DNA from: Polyangiales bacterium | GTDB taxonomy: Bacteria > Myxococcota_A > Polyangia > Polyangiales > Houyiibacteriaceae | NCBI GenBank assembly: GCA_965227405.1 | Contig: OZ245758.1 | Location: 2,868,338-2,932,337 of the forward strand | Length of the DNA stretch: 64,000 nucleotides | Reading direction: 5' to 3' | Shown here: one piece after another, positions 48,525 to 58,761 of the stretch | How positions within the stretch are numbered: position 1 is the stretch's first letter | How the letters are laid out: the number at the start of each line of letters is the position of its first letter | Program-made: the position numbers and the translations under genes | Notes under the pieces: model-generated | Told to the model about the DNA's origin: nothing | What the model saw: the letters and a program-made list of their open reading frames with translations, nothing else | The model's database searches: none

Positions 48525-49499
48525 GTGCAGATGGTGTATGCGCTCATCGACCAGGCGTTTGCCCGAGCGATGACGCCGTCGAGACGTCTTTACGCCGACG
48601 GGTTTGGCGATCGAGATCGCCTCGAGTCGTTGGTGCAGGGTGTACGCGAACTCGGAGCAGATCCGCCTGACCCGATCGACATCGCGTGGTCTTCACCTCG
48701 GACGCGTCTTGGAGTCGAGGTGACGCGTGGGACGTACCCATCGCCTGCATGCGAAGTGCTTCCTCCGGAAAGTCAGCGCGCGGTGTTGGAACGCTGGGTT
48801 CCCCAACCGAATGCACCGCACTGTCTGATTCTCGCAACCACCGGTGAAGAGGGATTCACCAATCGTCGGCTGCTCGCGATGTGGCTTGCTCGAAAAGGTG
48901 TCGCAAGCGTGATCGTGGAGAACCCGTACTACGGAGAGCGTCGTCCACGAAACCAAGTCGGTGCGGCGGTGCGAACCGTCGCGGATCAGTTTGCGATGAA
49001 CCTCGCGACAGTGATCGAAGTCCGTTCGTTGCTGGCGCATTTCGCGGAACAAGGTCTTGAAGTCGGTGCGACCGGGTTCTCGCAGGGTGGCATGATGGCG
49101 GCGTTTGGTGCTGCGCTGTCCGACTTTCCGGTTGCGGTCACACCACGCGGTGCAGCGTGTCGAGCGGAGAGTGTGTTCACGCGTGCGGCACTTGCGACCA
49201 CGATGCGGTGGGATGTGCTAACGGCCCAAGCCGGTTCGCGGAAAGCCGCCGAGGAGTATTTTGCGCAGTGCTTAGAGCCGGTACGCGTGGATCGACTTCC
49301 ACCGCCGAAGGCGCCGCACCAAGCGATCTTGGTCGCATCGCGACACGATGGTTTCATTCCTCCAAGTGAAGCCGAAGCCCTTCACGCTGCGTGGCCCGGG
49401 AGCGAGCTGCGTTGGCTTTCGGCTGGTCACGTCACGGGATTGGTGCTGCGCCATCCCACGCACCGTCGAGCGATTCTCGATGCGTTTGCGAGGCGCTAG
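48525..49499 (+). CDS. alpha/beta hydrolase fold protein
   Basis: 324 aa with a GFSQGG nucleophile-elbow-like motif. Its stop overlaps the GTG start of the kinase gene. Confidence 0.45.
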   Translation: MQMVYALIDQAFARAMTPSRRLYADGFGDRDRLESLVQGVRELGADPPDPIDIAWSSPRTRLGVEVTRGTYPSPACEVLPPESQRAVLERWVPQPNAPHCLILATTGEEGFTNRRLLAMWLARKGVASVIVENPYYGERRPRNQVGAAVRTVADQFAMNLATVIEVRSLLAHFAEQGLEVGATGFSQGGMMAAFGAALSDFPVAVTPRGAACRAESVFTRAALATTMRWDVLTAQAGSRKAAEEYFAQCLEPVRVDRLPPPKAPHQAILVASRHDGFIPPSEAEALHAAWPGSELRWLSAGHVTGLVLRHPTHRRAILDAFARR

Positions 49500-52400
49500 T
49501 GCCGCGTGAGGTCGTCATCGGAGGTCGCTATCAGCTGATTTCACAGCTGGGTAAAGGCGGCATGGGCGAGGTTTACAAAGCACTCGACCTTACCGAAGAC
49601 CGCGCCGTTGCACTCAAACGCATGTCGGTGGATCGAACGCGTTCCAAAGTTGCGCGAGGCGAACTGCGCTTCCGCCGCGAGTTTCACACGCTCGCTTCGT
49701 TCAACCACCCGCACATCGTGGAGGTGTACGACTACGGCGTCGATTCGACCGGACCCTGGTACACGATGGAGTTGCTGGCGGGGTCCGACCTTCGCGAAGT
49801 GATTCGTGAACGAACACTCGACGTGCGTGAGGTCTGCAGCATTCTCCGAGACGTTGCGTCCGCGTTGGCGCTCTTGCATGCGCGCGGCTTGGTGCATCGC
49901 GATTTGAGTCCCCGCAACGTACGCATCGTCGATGGGCGTGCAGTGCTCTTCGACTTTGGTGTGCTGATCGATGCAGGTGTCACGGGCGAGGTTGCTGGAA
50001 CGCCGGCCTACATCGCGCCGGAGATGCTCTACGGACATCCGATCGACCACCGCACCGACCTCTATGCGTTGGGGGTGCTCGGGTACGCGATGCTCACCGG
50101 CGAGGTTCCCTACGCGGCGCGTGAACTCGTCGAGCTCATTGGGTTGTGGAGCGTGCCCTTGGTGCATCCCTCCGAGTACGTGGATGTGCCCGAGGGCTTG
50201 GAAAGCTTGGTGATCGACCTGCTGCGACTCGAGCCTTTGGGTCGTCCTGCGTCTGCGGCCGTGTTGATCGACAAGCTTACTGCGCTGGGTGATCTCGACC
50301 CGGATCCGGAGCTTGCGGTTCAACCGGGTTATGCGCCCACCGCTGCATTGGTCGGTCGCGAAGACGAAGTCGCAGTCTTGGAAACTCAACTCCAGGCAGT
50401 GGTGGATGAGAACGAGAGCCGCGCGTTTTACGTCGAAGCCGAGTCGGGCACTGGCAAGAGCCGCCTGCTCGAAGAGTTGGCGATTCGCGCGAAGCTGCAA
50501 GGTGCACGATGTCTCACCGTGAACTGCGAAGACGCGGACGCGGAGCAAGGTGGTTCTCCCTTCGCCACGATCGCCGGACTGTTGCGTGCGGCGTTCGTCG
50601 CCATGCCGGAAGAAGCGTACGAAGCGTGCGAACCGGATGCGCCTTTGCTCTGTCGGGTGTTCTCCACAGTGCGGCGGCGGTTTCCGCATATCGATCCTGA
50701 GGCGGAGTCCGGCGAACCTGCAGAGGACCGCATGCGTTTGCAGCGCGCCGTGCTGCACGTGATTCAACGAATGGCGTTGAGCGGTCCGCTTGTGGTGTTG
50801 GTCGACGATATCCAGCGTTGTGACGAAGCCAGTGCTGCAGCTCTCGCGAGTTTGGTGCACCGCAAGAGTCGCGGATTGTTGTTGGGGTTCGCTCGACGCT
50901 TGCGTGAACGGGTGCGCGCGACTGCCGCTGTCGCGTCGTTGGCGACGATCGAAGCGCGCATTCTGCTCGAAGGTTTAGACGAAGCTGGGGTCGAAGCGCT
51001 GCTCCGGTCGCTCTTTGGCGACGCCACGCACATTGGTCGACTGGCCAAGAGCATGACGCGTGCCACTGCGGGAAGTCCGTTGTTGTGCGCGGAGTTGGCA
51101 CGTCACTTCGTGGACGAAGGGGTGATTCGCTATGCCAACGGAACGTGGGTGCTTCCCAAAGATGCACCCGAAGCATTGCCCGACTCGTTGGCTGGCGCGA
51201 TGGAAGCTCGCGTCGAAGCGCTGCCGCCGATCGCCCGTTCGATCGGTGAGTTGCTTGCGGTTCATGGCGGTGAGATGGAACTCGAGCGTGCGGTTGCACT
51301 CATCGAAGGTCTCGCTGTGGATGCGTCGGATGCCGAAGCACGCGCATTTGTCGCGATTGCGGAACTGCGACGTCAAGGCGTGCTGGTCGACTTGGGCGAC
51401 CGTTTTCGCTTTCGTCACGACAGCATTCGGGAAGCTCTGATTCGCAGTGTCGACGATGAACGGTTGGAACTCCTGCATCGCCACGTCGGGGAGACCCTGC
51501 TCGAAGAAGGCACACCGCGCTCGCCGTCCGCGCAAGCGTCGATCGGTTGGCACCTCTACCACGGAGGTCGTCCGCTTGAAGGTGCGGAGCTGTTGGAGAA
51601 AGCCGGTCGCGCACTCTACGAAGCCCAAGCGCTATCCGACTGCATCGCGCCGTTGGAAGTCGCACTCGAGGTTGCCAACAAGCACAACAAAGAACGTTGG
51701 CGTCGAGCGGAGCTCTCGTTCTTTCTTCTGTCTGCAGGCTGGGTCTCGCATCGCGTGACGGGGTGGAAGTACGCGCAACCGGCGTTGTCGTTGCTGGGTG
51801 CCGAATGCGGATTGGCTTTCGCGCGTTCGATTCGCTTCATCGGTTGGTTGCCCGCGATTGTGGTGGGTTTCACGTGGGCCAACCTACGTTGGCTGGCTCG
51901 GCTGGGTCGCGGACCCACACCCTTGAGAGCACTGACGTCGTACGCCGTGGGTTTGAGCTATGCGTGTGCGCTCGCGTACGCGGCGAACCTCAAGAACGAA
52001 CTCGAGGGGTTGATCGGGAAGTACGCACGGCCGTTCAAAGCTCTGCGTGGGATGGTTCCCTACGTGGCGTACCTCGCGCCGGTGGCGATGAGCGACATCA
52101 TCGATGGTCGACTCGGCGACGCAGCGAACAGGCTGACCGAAGTTGTGCGCTTAGTGACCCGCCGCTGGTTCAATCCACTGACGCCCGATGAGAAGCGGTT
52201 GGGCGAAGCAGGTGCGCGTTCGATGCGCGTTCTGGTCGATGTGAACCAGTTCGAAACAGAGCGATTGTTCGGTGACCTCGAACGCATGGAAGAACTCGAT
52301 CTGCGGTTCTATGATCTAGCTGCGCAAACTGCGCGGATCGTTCGACATCGATATCGCGGTGAGGAGCGCAAAGCGCGAGCGATCGAACGCGAGATCGAAG

Positions 52401-53296
52401 AGGCATCGCTGCAGCTTGGTTCGTGGTCCACGGAGTTGCAGGTCGTGCTCTTTGCGCACCCGGCGTACGGGATTAACCACGATGTCGAAGGACTGAAGCA
52501 GTGCTTGGATTCGCTGCAACGCTATAAGGCAGAAGGCATGGCCTTCGACGCTCGAATCGGCGTCACACAAGGGGAGATTCACCGCGAACGGGGTGAGTAC
52601 GACCAAGCGTTTGCAACGTTGGAGAAGGCGTACGAAGCCTTGGACGACGACGACGCGTTGATGCGTCAGTTCATTTGCTCAGCGATCGGTCAGACCGCTC
52701 TGGAGGCGTACTGGCACGACGTGGCTGTGCGCTGGGCGAAGGAAGGCATCAGTGTGGGTGATGCGGAACATCAACGCGTGTGGATCCCTCGGCTGCGATG
52801 CATGCGCGTGCTGGCTCTTGCAGAAGACGCACAAGGTGAGCGCGACCAAGCCGTCCAACGCTTGGAGCAAGCCATTGCAAAAGCCGAAGTCATGGAGTGC
52901 CCACCGCTTGCAGGTGAGCTGCACGAAGCGATGGCGCGCATTGCCTTGGCCGACGACGACCGACTTGGGTACGAAGCACACCTCGCGAAAGCCGATGCTT
53001 GGCTTCGACCCACAGAGAACCCAGGTTTGATTGCTGTCGTGGAGCGTTTGATCGCTGCCGGCGAAGAACGACCGGGGCGAAAGATCCGACCGAGCCGGCG
53101 TCGACCGATTACGCGTTCGAGTGCATCGACCATGGACGCGGAGACAATCGGTGCGACGCCGGGATCGATCTCGCGTGTGGAATCGGACGCCGCACTGGAT
53201 GCAGCCACTGTGGCGTCCAAGCCTTCCACGATGAGCGAGGCGCCGGATGCGACTGTAATTAGTGAGGAAAGACCGATTCACGGCGACGAGACTTGA
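49499..53296 (+). CDS. Ser/Thr protein kinase with AAA_16 (STAND) ATPase and TPR/helical repeat region
   Basis: The N-terminal kinase domain has GKGGMGEVYKA, VALK, HRDLSPRN, DFG and APE motifs. An AAA_16 module follows (VGREDEVAVL, Walker A ESGTGKSRLL, VVLVDDIQRCDEAS), then about 650 aa of helical repeats. The GTG start overlaps the upstream TAG. About 1265 aa. Confidence 0.85.
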   Translation: MPREVVIGGRYQLISQLGKGGMGEVYKALDLTEDRAVALKRMSVDRTRSKVARGELRFRREFHTLASFNHPHIVEVYDYGVDSTGPWYTMELLAGSDLREVIRERTLDVREVCSILRDVASALALLHARGLVHRDLSPRNVRIVDGRAVLFDFGVLIDAGVTGEVAGTPAYIAPEMLYGHPIDHRTDLYALGVLGYAMLTGEVPYAARELVELIGLWSVPLVHPSEYVDVPEGLESLVIDLLRLEPLGRPASAAVLIDKLTALGDLDPDPELAVQPGYAPTAALVGREDEVAVLETQLQAVVDENESRAFYVEAESGTGKSRLLEELAIRAKLQGARCLTVNCEDADAEQGGSPFATIAGLLRAAFVAMPEEAYEACEPDAPLLCRVFSTVRRRFPHIDPEAESGEPAEDRMRLQRAVLHVIQRMALSGPLVVLVDDIQRCDEASAAALASLVHRKSRGLLLGFARRLRERVRATAAVASLATIEARILLEGLDEAGVEALLRSLFGDATHIGRLAKSMTRATAGSPLLCAELARHFVDEGVIRYANGTWVLPKDAPEALPDSLAGAMEARVEALPPIARSIGELLAVHGGEMELERAVALIEGLAVDASDAEARAFVAIAELRRQGVLVDLGDRFRFRHDSIREALIRSVDDERLELLHRHVGETLLEEGTPRSPSAQASIGWHLYHGGRPLEGAELLEKAGRALYEAQALSDCIAPLEVALEVANKHNKERWRRAELSFFLLSAGWVSHRVTGWKYAQPALSLLGAECGLAFARSIRFIGWLPAIVVGFTWANLRWLARLGRGPTPLRALTSYAVGLSYACALAYAANLKNELEGLIGKYARPFKALRGMVPYVAYLAPVAMSDIIDGRLGDAANRLTEVVRLVTRRWFNPLTPDEKRLGEAGARSMRVLVDVNQFETERLFGDLERMEELDLRFYDLAAQTARIVRHRYRGEERKARAIEREIEEASLQLGSWSTELQVVLFAHPAYGINHDVEGLKQCLDSLQRYKAEGMAFDARIGVTQGEIHRERGEYDQAFATLEKAYEALDDDDALMRQFICSAIGQTALEAYWHDVAVRWAKEGISVGDAEHQRVWIPRLRCMRVLALAEDAQGERDQAVQRLEQAIAKAEVMECPPLAGELHEAMARIALADDDRLGYEAHLAKADAWLRPTENPGLIAVVERLIAAGEERPGRKIRPSRRRPITRSSASTMDAETIGATPGSISRVESDAALDAATVASKPSTMSEAPDATVISEERPIHGDET

Positions 53297-53305
53297 TTTT
53301 TGCGC

Positions 53306-53327
53306 CAACCTATCCATAGATAGGTTG
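53306..53327. promoter_or_regulatory. palindromic operator candidate caacctatc-cata-gataggttg upstream of the TetR gene
   Basis: Perfect 9-bp inverted arms with a 4-bp spacer, ending 3 bp before the TetR start codon. Confidence 0.5.
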
Positions 53328-53329
53328 CT

Positions 53330-53896
53330 GTGGCGAAGGACACGCGAACCGAACTCCTCGACGAAGCTCAGCGCTTGGTCCAAGAGCGCGGGTTCAACGC
53401 GTTTAGCTATCGCGATCTCGCGCGCACGTTAGGAATCAAGACCGCGAGTATTCACTACCACTTTCCGACCAAGGGCGACTTGGGTCTCGCGTTGATCGAG
53501 CGCTACACCGAGCAGTTGCAAAGCGACCTGAAAACGATCGAGAAGCGTCACACAACCCCCGCCGATCGCATTGGTGCGTTTATCGATGGGTACCGAAGCA
53601 CCCAACGAGCTGGCGCGATGTGTTTGTGTGGCGCTCTTGCGACCGACTTGGTGACGTTACCTGAGCCCATTCGTCCAGCGGTCGCACGCTACATGAAGCA
53701 CAGCGAGGATTGGTTGGAGCGAACGATCGAGCAAGGAATCGATGAAGGTGAGTTTCAGGGGGACGCACCCGATCTTGCCGCGATGACCTTGTCGACGCTT
53801 CAAGGTGCATTGGTGGTCTCGCGAACACGTACCAAAACGGCTGCGCGCGACCTGATGACGCGCGTCAAGCGAACTGTGTTGGGAGCACTTCACTGA
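53330..53896 (+). CDS. TetR/AcrR family transcriptional regulator
   Basis: 188 aa. The N-terminal HTH region (AFSYRDLARTLGIKTASIHYHFPTKGDL) is the TetR_N signature. GTG start. Confidence 0.8.
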   Translation: MAKDTRTELLDEAQRLVQERGFNAFSYRDLARTLGIKTASIHYHFPTKGDLGLALIERYTEQLQSDLKTIEKRHTTPADRIGAFIDGYRSTQRAGAMCLCGALATDLVTLPEPIRPAVARYMKHSEDWLERTIEQGIDEGEFQGDAPDLAAMTLSTLQGALVVSRTRTKTAARDLMTRVKRTVLGALH

Positions 53897-53919
53897 GTTC
53901 CTTTTTATTTGTCTCTATC

Positions 53920-53933
53920 ACCTATCTATAGGT
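53920..53933. promoter_or_regulatory. second related palindrome acctatc-tataggt between the TetR and SDR genes
   Basis: It shares the CCTATC...ATAGG half-sites with the upstream operator and lies about 20 bp before the SDR start. Confidence 0.4.
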
Positions 53934-53953
53934 AGGTAGAAAGCAGAATCGAT

Positions 53954-54703
53954 ATGAAACAAAGAGCATTGATCGTGGGTGGTTCGAGTGGGATCGGTCG
54001 AGCAACCGCGGAGCGATTGGTTGAGCGCGGCGTGCACGTGCACGTGGTTGCCCGAGACTCACCGCGACTGAAGGACACTCTCGAAGCGTTGCGTGCCCGC
54101 GGTGGGAGTGTCGAATCCTCGGCCGTGGATCTTTACGACGCTGAGCAAACGAAAGCGTTCGTCGCATCGCTCGTGGATGCCGAACCGTTCGATTATCTGG
54201 TTCTCGCTGCTGGCTACTTTTCGCCGACACCGTTCTTGGACCATTCCGAGGAGGACTACGACCGCTACCACGCGTTCAACCGAGCCAGCTTCTTCATCAC
54301 TCAAGCTGTCGCACGCAAGATGCGCCGAAGTGGTTCGATCGTCAGTGTGGGATCCATGTGGGCGAAGCAAGCGGTCAAAGCCACACCTTCAAGCGCGTAC
54401 TCGATGGCCAAAGCAGGATTGCACGCGCTTACGCAGCATCTCGCCATGGAACTCGGAGACGCGGGCATTCGTGTCAACGCGGTCAGTCCTGCTGTCGTCA
54501 AGACGCCAATCTACGAGGCGTTCATCAAGCCTGATGCGATCGACGAAACGTTGGCGAGTTTCGATCCCTTTCATCCGATCGGTCGCATTGGTGCCCCCGA
54601 CGATGTTGCTGCGACGATCGATTTTCTCCTGTCCGATCAAGCCAGTTGGGTGACGGGCGCTGTGTGGGACGTCGATGGTGGTGTAATGGCAGGACGCAAC
54701 TGA
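53954..54703 (+). CDS. SDR family oxidoreductase
   Basis: 249 aa with the Rossmann motif [15 protein letters not shown] and the catalytic YSMAKAGL (YxxxK). Confidence 0.8.
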   Translation: MKQRALIVGGSSGIGRATAERLVERGVHVHVVARDSPRLKDTLEALRARGGSVESSAVDLYDAEQTKAFVASLVDAEPFDYLVLAAGYFSPTPFLDHSEEDYDRYHAFNRASFFITQAVARKMRRSGSIVSVGSMWAKQAVKATPSSAYSMAKAGLHALTQHLAMELGDAGIRVNAVSPAVVKTPIYEAFIKPDAIDETLASFDPFHPIGRIGAPDDVAATIDFLLSDQASWVTGAVWDVDGGVMAGRN

Positions 54704-54711
54704 CGACGCGC

Positions 54712-55902
54712 TCAGTCGCGGGCAAGGCGAACGATCAGAGTCGCGTTGCCCGCTTCGAGCGAACGAAGCATGCCGCCGCGATAGCCCGCGTCGGGATCAC
54801 GAACCTCGGACTCGGATCCGGAGACTTCGACGCGGTCGCCCTTTTGCAGTTGGCGCATCACGAGTCGGTTCGGCCTCAGTTCACCAAACCCTCGCTCCTT
54901 TAGAAACGCACCGCTGATGCTGGCCTCGTCTTGCGGATCGAGATCGATCAGCACGTCCGATGAAGCCACGACAGCAATACGTTCGTCGTCGTCGGTCACC
55001 ATGATGAACGACGCAATATTGGCGTCGTCGATGACGTGGTTCTTGGCGTGACCGCGTACGTGCCAGCCGATGCTCTCCATATCGTTTGGCGCGGTGGTCG
55101 GGTCGTTCAGCAGTGCGACGATCGAACCCGAGACAACGTCGTCACGTCGAAGCCATTGTCGTCGCGGACCATATGCGGCGCGACGCTTCTTCGCGTAGGT
55201 CGGATCCATCAAACCCACAAACCAGGACGGACCCTCCGACAAGACGGTCAGCCACCAGGTCCAACCCAGCACCCAAAGAAACGCGCCGAAGCCGCCGGTG
55301 CACAACGCCTCCCACCCCACCCCTGAAGCACTGAGCGCGATCGGTGTGGCGATGATCACGTAAAGCGCGAACAGTCCGAACGTGATCTTGTTGCGACGTG
55401 CTTCGCTCAGCCCTGGTTTGAACCTTCTCTCCACTTTCAAAAAGAGCGCGAGAAGACGCGAGCGCCGAACCATAGGTGCGTTGCCCGCAAAGGGATGAAT
55501 TTCGAATCCACGCGCGGGTCGAAGGATCACCGTGACGAGCACCATCACGAGTGCCGCCGCTCCACCAAAGATTCCGATCGAGAGTCCGATTCCAAACGCG
55601 AACGCCATGATGGACGTGGGAACAACTCCCATCGCCAACGTAAGTGCGGCCTCGTCGTGATCGACGATCGCGATCCCCACCATGAACAAGCTCACCAGTG
55701 GTGTTGCGATCACGGCCAACAAACCGAGCAGGCCCACAATCCAACCGAGAATCTTCCAAGGCAGCACCGGCCAAGGTCGATGCGAGCGCGCGAGACGTGT
55801 CTGACGTCCCACCTGAAGAACTTTGCCGCACAGGGGACACGCGTCGTGCTGAGGCATGCGAACCCGGCAGCGTGTACATACGTATGTGAGGTCAGGTCTC
55901 AT
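54712..55902 (-). CDS. zinc-ribbon membrane protein, function unknown
   Basis: N-terminal CxxC...CxxC zinc ribbon (YVCTRCRVRMPQHDACPLCG), then multiple TM helices. Its start overlaps the stop of the upstream hydrolase gene. Confidence 0.4.
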   Translation of the reverse strand: MRPDLTYVCTRCRVRMPQHDACPLCGKVLQVGRQTRLARSHRPWPVLPWKILGWIVGLLGLLAVIATPLVSLFMVGIAIVDHDEAALTLAMGVVPTSIMAFAFGIGLSIGIFGGAAALVMVLVTVILRPARGFEIHPFAGNAPMVRRSRLLALFLKVERRFKPGLSEARRNKITFGLFALYVIIATPIALSASGVGWEALCTGGFGAFLWVLGWTWWLTVLSEGPSWFVGLMDPTYAKKRRAAYGPRRQWLRRDDVVSGSIVALLNDPTTAPNDMESIGWHVRGHAKNHVIDDANIASFIMVTDDDERIAVVASSDVLIDLDPQDEASISGAFLKERGFGELRPNRLVMRQLQKGDRVEVSGSESEVRDPDAGYRGGMLRSLEAGNATLIVRLARD

Positions 55903-57833
55903 TCACAGGAGTCGGTGGGCACAACAGGGGTGCCTCGTTGAAGCGTCTCCAAGAAACAACGGTATTGGGCTTTGGGTTCTTCCAATTGGAACACCACTTC
56001 GTGTCCGTCTTCGACCGGATCTTGGTTGTACTGAACCACGACTGCAGTCACGTCGTTTTGGTTGCCTGAGGCGGGCAACGCGATCGCTTCGCCTTCTGAG
56101 AACGCCAGATGGTCGCCCAGCGGCGTGAAGTCATACACGCTCGTATCCAGTGCTTCGCCCGCAAGATCCAAGTCGAGCGCGAGGCTCAACGAGTTGGCGA
56201 TGGGCGGAAGGATGTAGTGGTCGATGATCCCCTGCATCATCAGGATGTGCGCGCCGTTCGCTCGAATCGCTTCGGCATACACTGGAGGATCGGCCGACTC
56301 GCCGGCCCACTGAAGCAGCATCATCGAAGGATCGTGTTCGTGGATCTCATACGCGCCGGTCACACCCAAGATGCTTTGAAATCCGCCGCGCACCGGAATG
56401 GGAAGTTGCTTGTGGATGATGTTTTCGATCCAGCTGCCACCCGCCCCGCTGAGAAGCAGCGCACGAATGCGAGGTTCGACCGCAACCGCGAGCGGACTGA
56501 TCGTCGCGCCCATTGAGTGGCCGAACATAGTGAGCTCTGCATCGTCGAAGTGTGCATCCGCAGAACCATCGGGACACATGCTCGCATCGAAGCGAAGGTC
56601 TTCGATCATGCGCGTCGTCAGCGCGAGTTCGAGTGCGGATTGACGCACGTTGTCGCGCGTTCCCGCCATGTTGAGGATGTTGAACACCAACGTTTGTTCG
56701 GCACTCCAGTTCGGTGCACTGGTGTTGCGCATCCCGCCGTGCGGTCCATCAACGCTGATTGCAGCCCAGCCCACACGCGCGAAATCCCTTGCGGGTCCGG
56801 AGCCTTCGTCGATCGCGCTTCCACCGTTTTCTGCACGGACACCACGTTCGACCAAGGGACGGTCGCCGCCTGCACCGGTTCGTGAGAACACGACGATCGG
56901 GTAGCCCTCGGCGGGCATCGCGCCGCGTGGAACGGTGATCAACACGCGCGCTTCTTCGGTTCCGTAGAGTTGCGGTTCACCGCCGACGAACTCGAACGTG
57001 CCACCTTCCAACGTGTTGGGGGGTTCGCCGTGTTGAAACGTTGGCAGCGTGGTTGCACCTTCGAACACACAGAAGTCGTCGAAGGTTTCGACCCACTCCA
57101 ACGCGCGAATCTCGGGCATCGGTTGCGCCAGAATCGCGTCGTAGGCGGCGCGCATTTCCGCAGTTGGATCTTGCGTTCGAAACACCGCGAGTCCGGCGAC
57201 GTCGTCGATACCTCGATCCGAAAGCACACCCAGCGCGTGTTGATAGTCCGCCGAGGCAGTCGCGCTCATGCCTTCGGGAGTTCGACCGCGCTGCAGGTCC
57301 CGCATCGATTGGCTCGGGATCAAGGCATCGCCGGCTGCATCGCGAACCGAGGTCCGAACCACTGCGGCGTAGCGATGGTCGAACGCCAAGGGGCGTCCCT
57401 GCAGTGGAAGAATCGAAAGCAGGTTGGGTGCACCGAAGGGACCGCCGTCTTGTCGAAAGCGAACCTCGATCGGATGCGGATCACTGTCTGCGTCCACATC
57501 GACCAGGAGCACGGGCGCATCCCAACTGCGCATCGGATCGGGATCGGAGTCGGTGCTCGAATCCAAGGGAGCACTCATCGCGAAGTAGATCGTCGAGGTC
57601 GTTCCGAATCCTTGGAGCTCTTCGACGATGTTGATCAACGCAGTCACATCGTTGTCGTTGCGCACGTTGGGAAAGCCAACCGCGGAGGTGTGGCCGTCCA
57701 CGCGCCGGGTCTCGCTCGGGAAGGGCGCGGCGTAGAAGTCGTCGCCGATCTGCGCGTAATCCATCCGTGCAGTGGTGCCTTCCAGAGGCGAGCCGCTACA
57801 CGCCGCAAGCAAGGCGATCCACGTCCAACGCAT
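55899..57833 (-). CDS. alpha/beta hydrolase lipoprotein
   Basis: Start placed at MRWTWIALLAACSG (lipobox). It has the nucleophile elbow GHSMGATIS. About 644 aa with a long N-terminal non-catalytic region. Confidence 0.5.
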   Translation of the reverse strand: MRWTWIALLAACSGSPLEGTTARMDYAQIGDDFYAAPFPSETRRVDGHTSAVGFPNVRNDNDVTALINIVEELQGFGTTSTIYFAMSAPLDSSTDSDPDPMRSWDAPVLLVDVDADSDPHPIEVRFRQDGGPFGAPNLLSILPLQGRPLAFDHRYAAVVRTSVRDAAGDALIPSQSMRDLQRGRTPEGMSATASADYQHALGVLSDRGIDDVAGLAVFRTQDPTAEMRAAYDAILAQPMPEIRALEWVETFDDFCVFEGATTLPTFQHGEPPNTLEGGTFEFVGGEPQLYGTEEARVLITVPRGAMPAEGYPIVVFSRTGAGGDRPLVERGVRAENGGSAIDEGSGPARDFARVGWAAISVDGPHGGMRNTSAPNWSAEQTLVFNILNMAGTRDNVRQSALELALTTRMIEDLRFDASMCPDGSADAHFDDAELTMFGHSMGATISPLAVAVEPRIRALLLSGAGGSWIENIIHKQLPIPVRGGFQSILGVTGAYEIHEHDPSMMLLQWAGESADPPVYAEAIRANGAHILMMQGIIDHYILPPIANSLSLALDLDLAGEALDTSVYDFTPLGDHLAFSEGEAIALPASGNQNDVTAVVVQYNQDPVEDGHEVVFQLEEPKAQYRCFLETLQRGTPVVPTDSCE

Positions 57834-58002
57834 GGAAACCACTCTAAACGCGGTCAGGAATGGCGCCTCCTGGGAACTGAGATTGTGACAACCCAGTTCA
57901 CGGGTCTGTCACCGACTTGACCCTTTAAGCAGGCCGCGTAAGCTAATTACGTGGGGTTTTTGCCCCATTGGCTCACTCTTTGCTCTGCTTTTTCGCGCTT
58001 CG

Positions 58003-58761
58003 ATGTCTGCCGACCTCTTTCAACGTCTCGAGTTCAAGTACCTGATCGACGAGCAGCAGGCCGAACAGGTGCGTCGACACATCGCGCCCTACTGCGTGCC
58101 GGACAAGTTCAACGGTACTGCCGGGCTCGGCTATCCGATTTGGAGCCTGTACCTCGACACGCCTAGCTACGCGTTTCACTTGGCGAAACTGAGGAACGAC
58201 CCCGACCGCGTAAAGCTGCGTGCGCGCACTTATGATGCGACGGGTCCGGTCCACCTCGAGGTGAAGCGCAAGCACGTCGACGTCATTCACAAGACGCGTG
58301 TCGCGGTTCCGCGTGACCAATGGGTGGATGCCGCGCGTGGTTTCGGACCCACGCTGGAGGGTCGCAAGGCTAGCCACTTGGAAGCTTTCGCCCACCTGGC
58401 GGCTCAGTATGGCGCAGAACCCAAGCTACTTGTTCAGTATGAGCGCGAAGCGTACGCCAGCACTGTCGACCAGTATGCGCGCGTGACCTTCGATCGTGCA
58501 GTGCGCGCGTCGGCGCAGCGTTCCTGGCGGATCGAGCCGGATGGTCCCTGGGTGTACTTGGATGCAGGTCGCGAAGGTCGTGTCGAAGGCTTCACGCTGC
58601 TCGAACTCAAAGCTGAACTCTTGATGCCCTATTGGATGGTCGAGCTCGTGCGCACGCTTCGTTTGAAGAATACGGGCTTTTCTAAGTACTCGTCTGGCAT
58701 CATTGCGTCTCGCAACCTCGAGCTCGGTCTCTTCGAGACTCAGCGAGGAATGTATGCCTGA
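58003..58761 (+). CDS. VTC (polyphosphate-polymerase-like) domain protein
   Basis: 252 aa. The N-terminal LFQRLEFKYLIDEQQAEQVRRHIAPYC matches the bacterial VTC-domain start (E-x-K-Y-L), and the conserved Arg/Lys-rich tunnel residues follow. Confidence 0.65.
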   Translation: MSADLFQRLEFKYLIDEQQAEQVRRHIAPYCVPDKFNGTAGLGYPIWSLYLDTPSYAFHLAKLRNDPDRVKLRARTYDATGPVHLEVKRKHVDVIHKTRVAVPRDQWVDAARGFGPTLEGRKASHLEAFAHLAAQYGAEPKLLVQYEREAYASTVDQYARVTFDRAVRASAQRSWRIEPDGPWVYLDAGREGRVEGFTLLELKAELLMPYWMVELVRTLRLKNTGFSKYSSGIIASRNLELGLFETQRGMYA

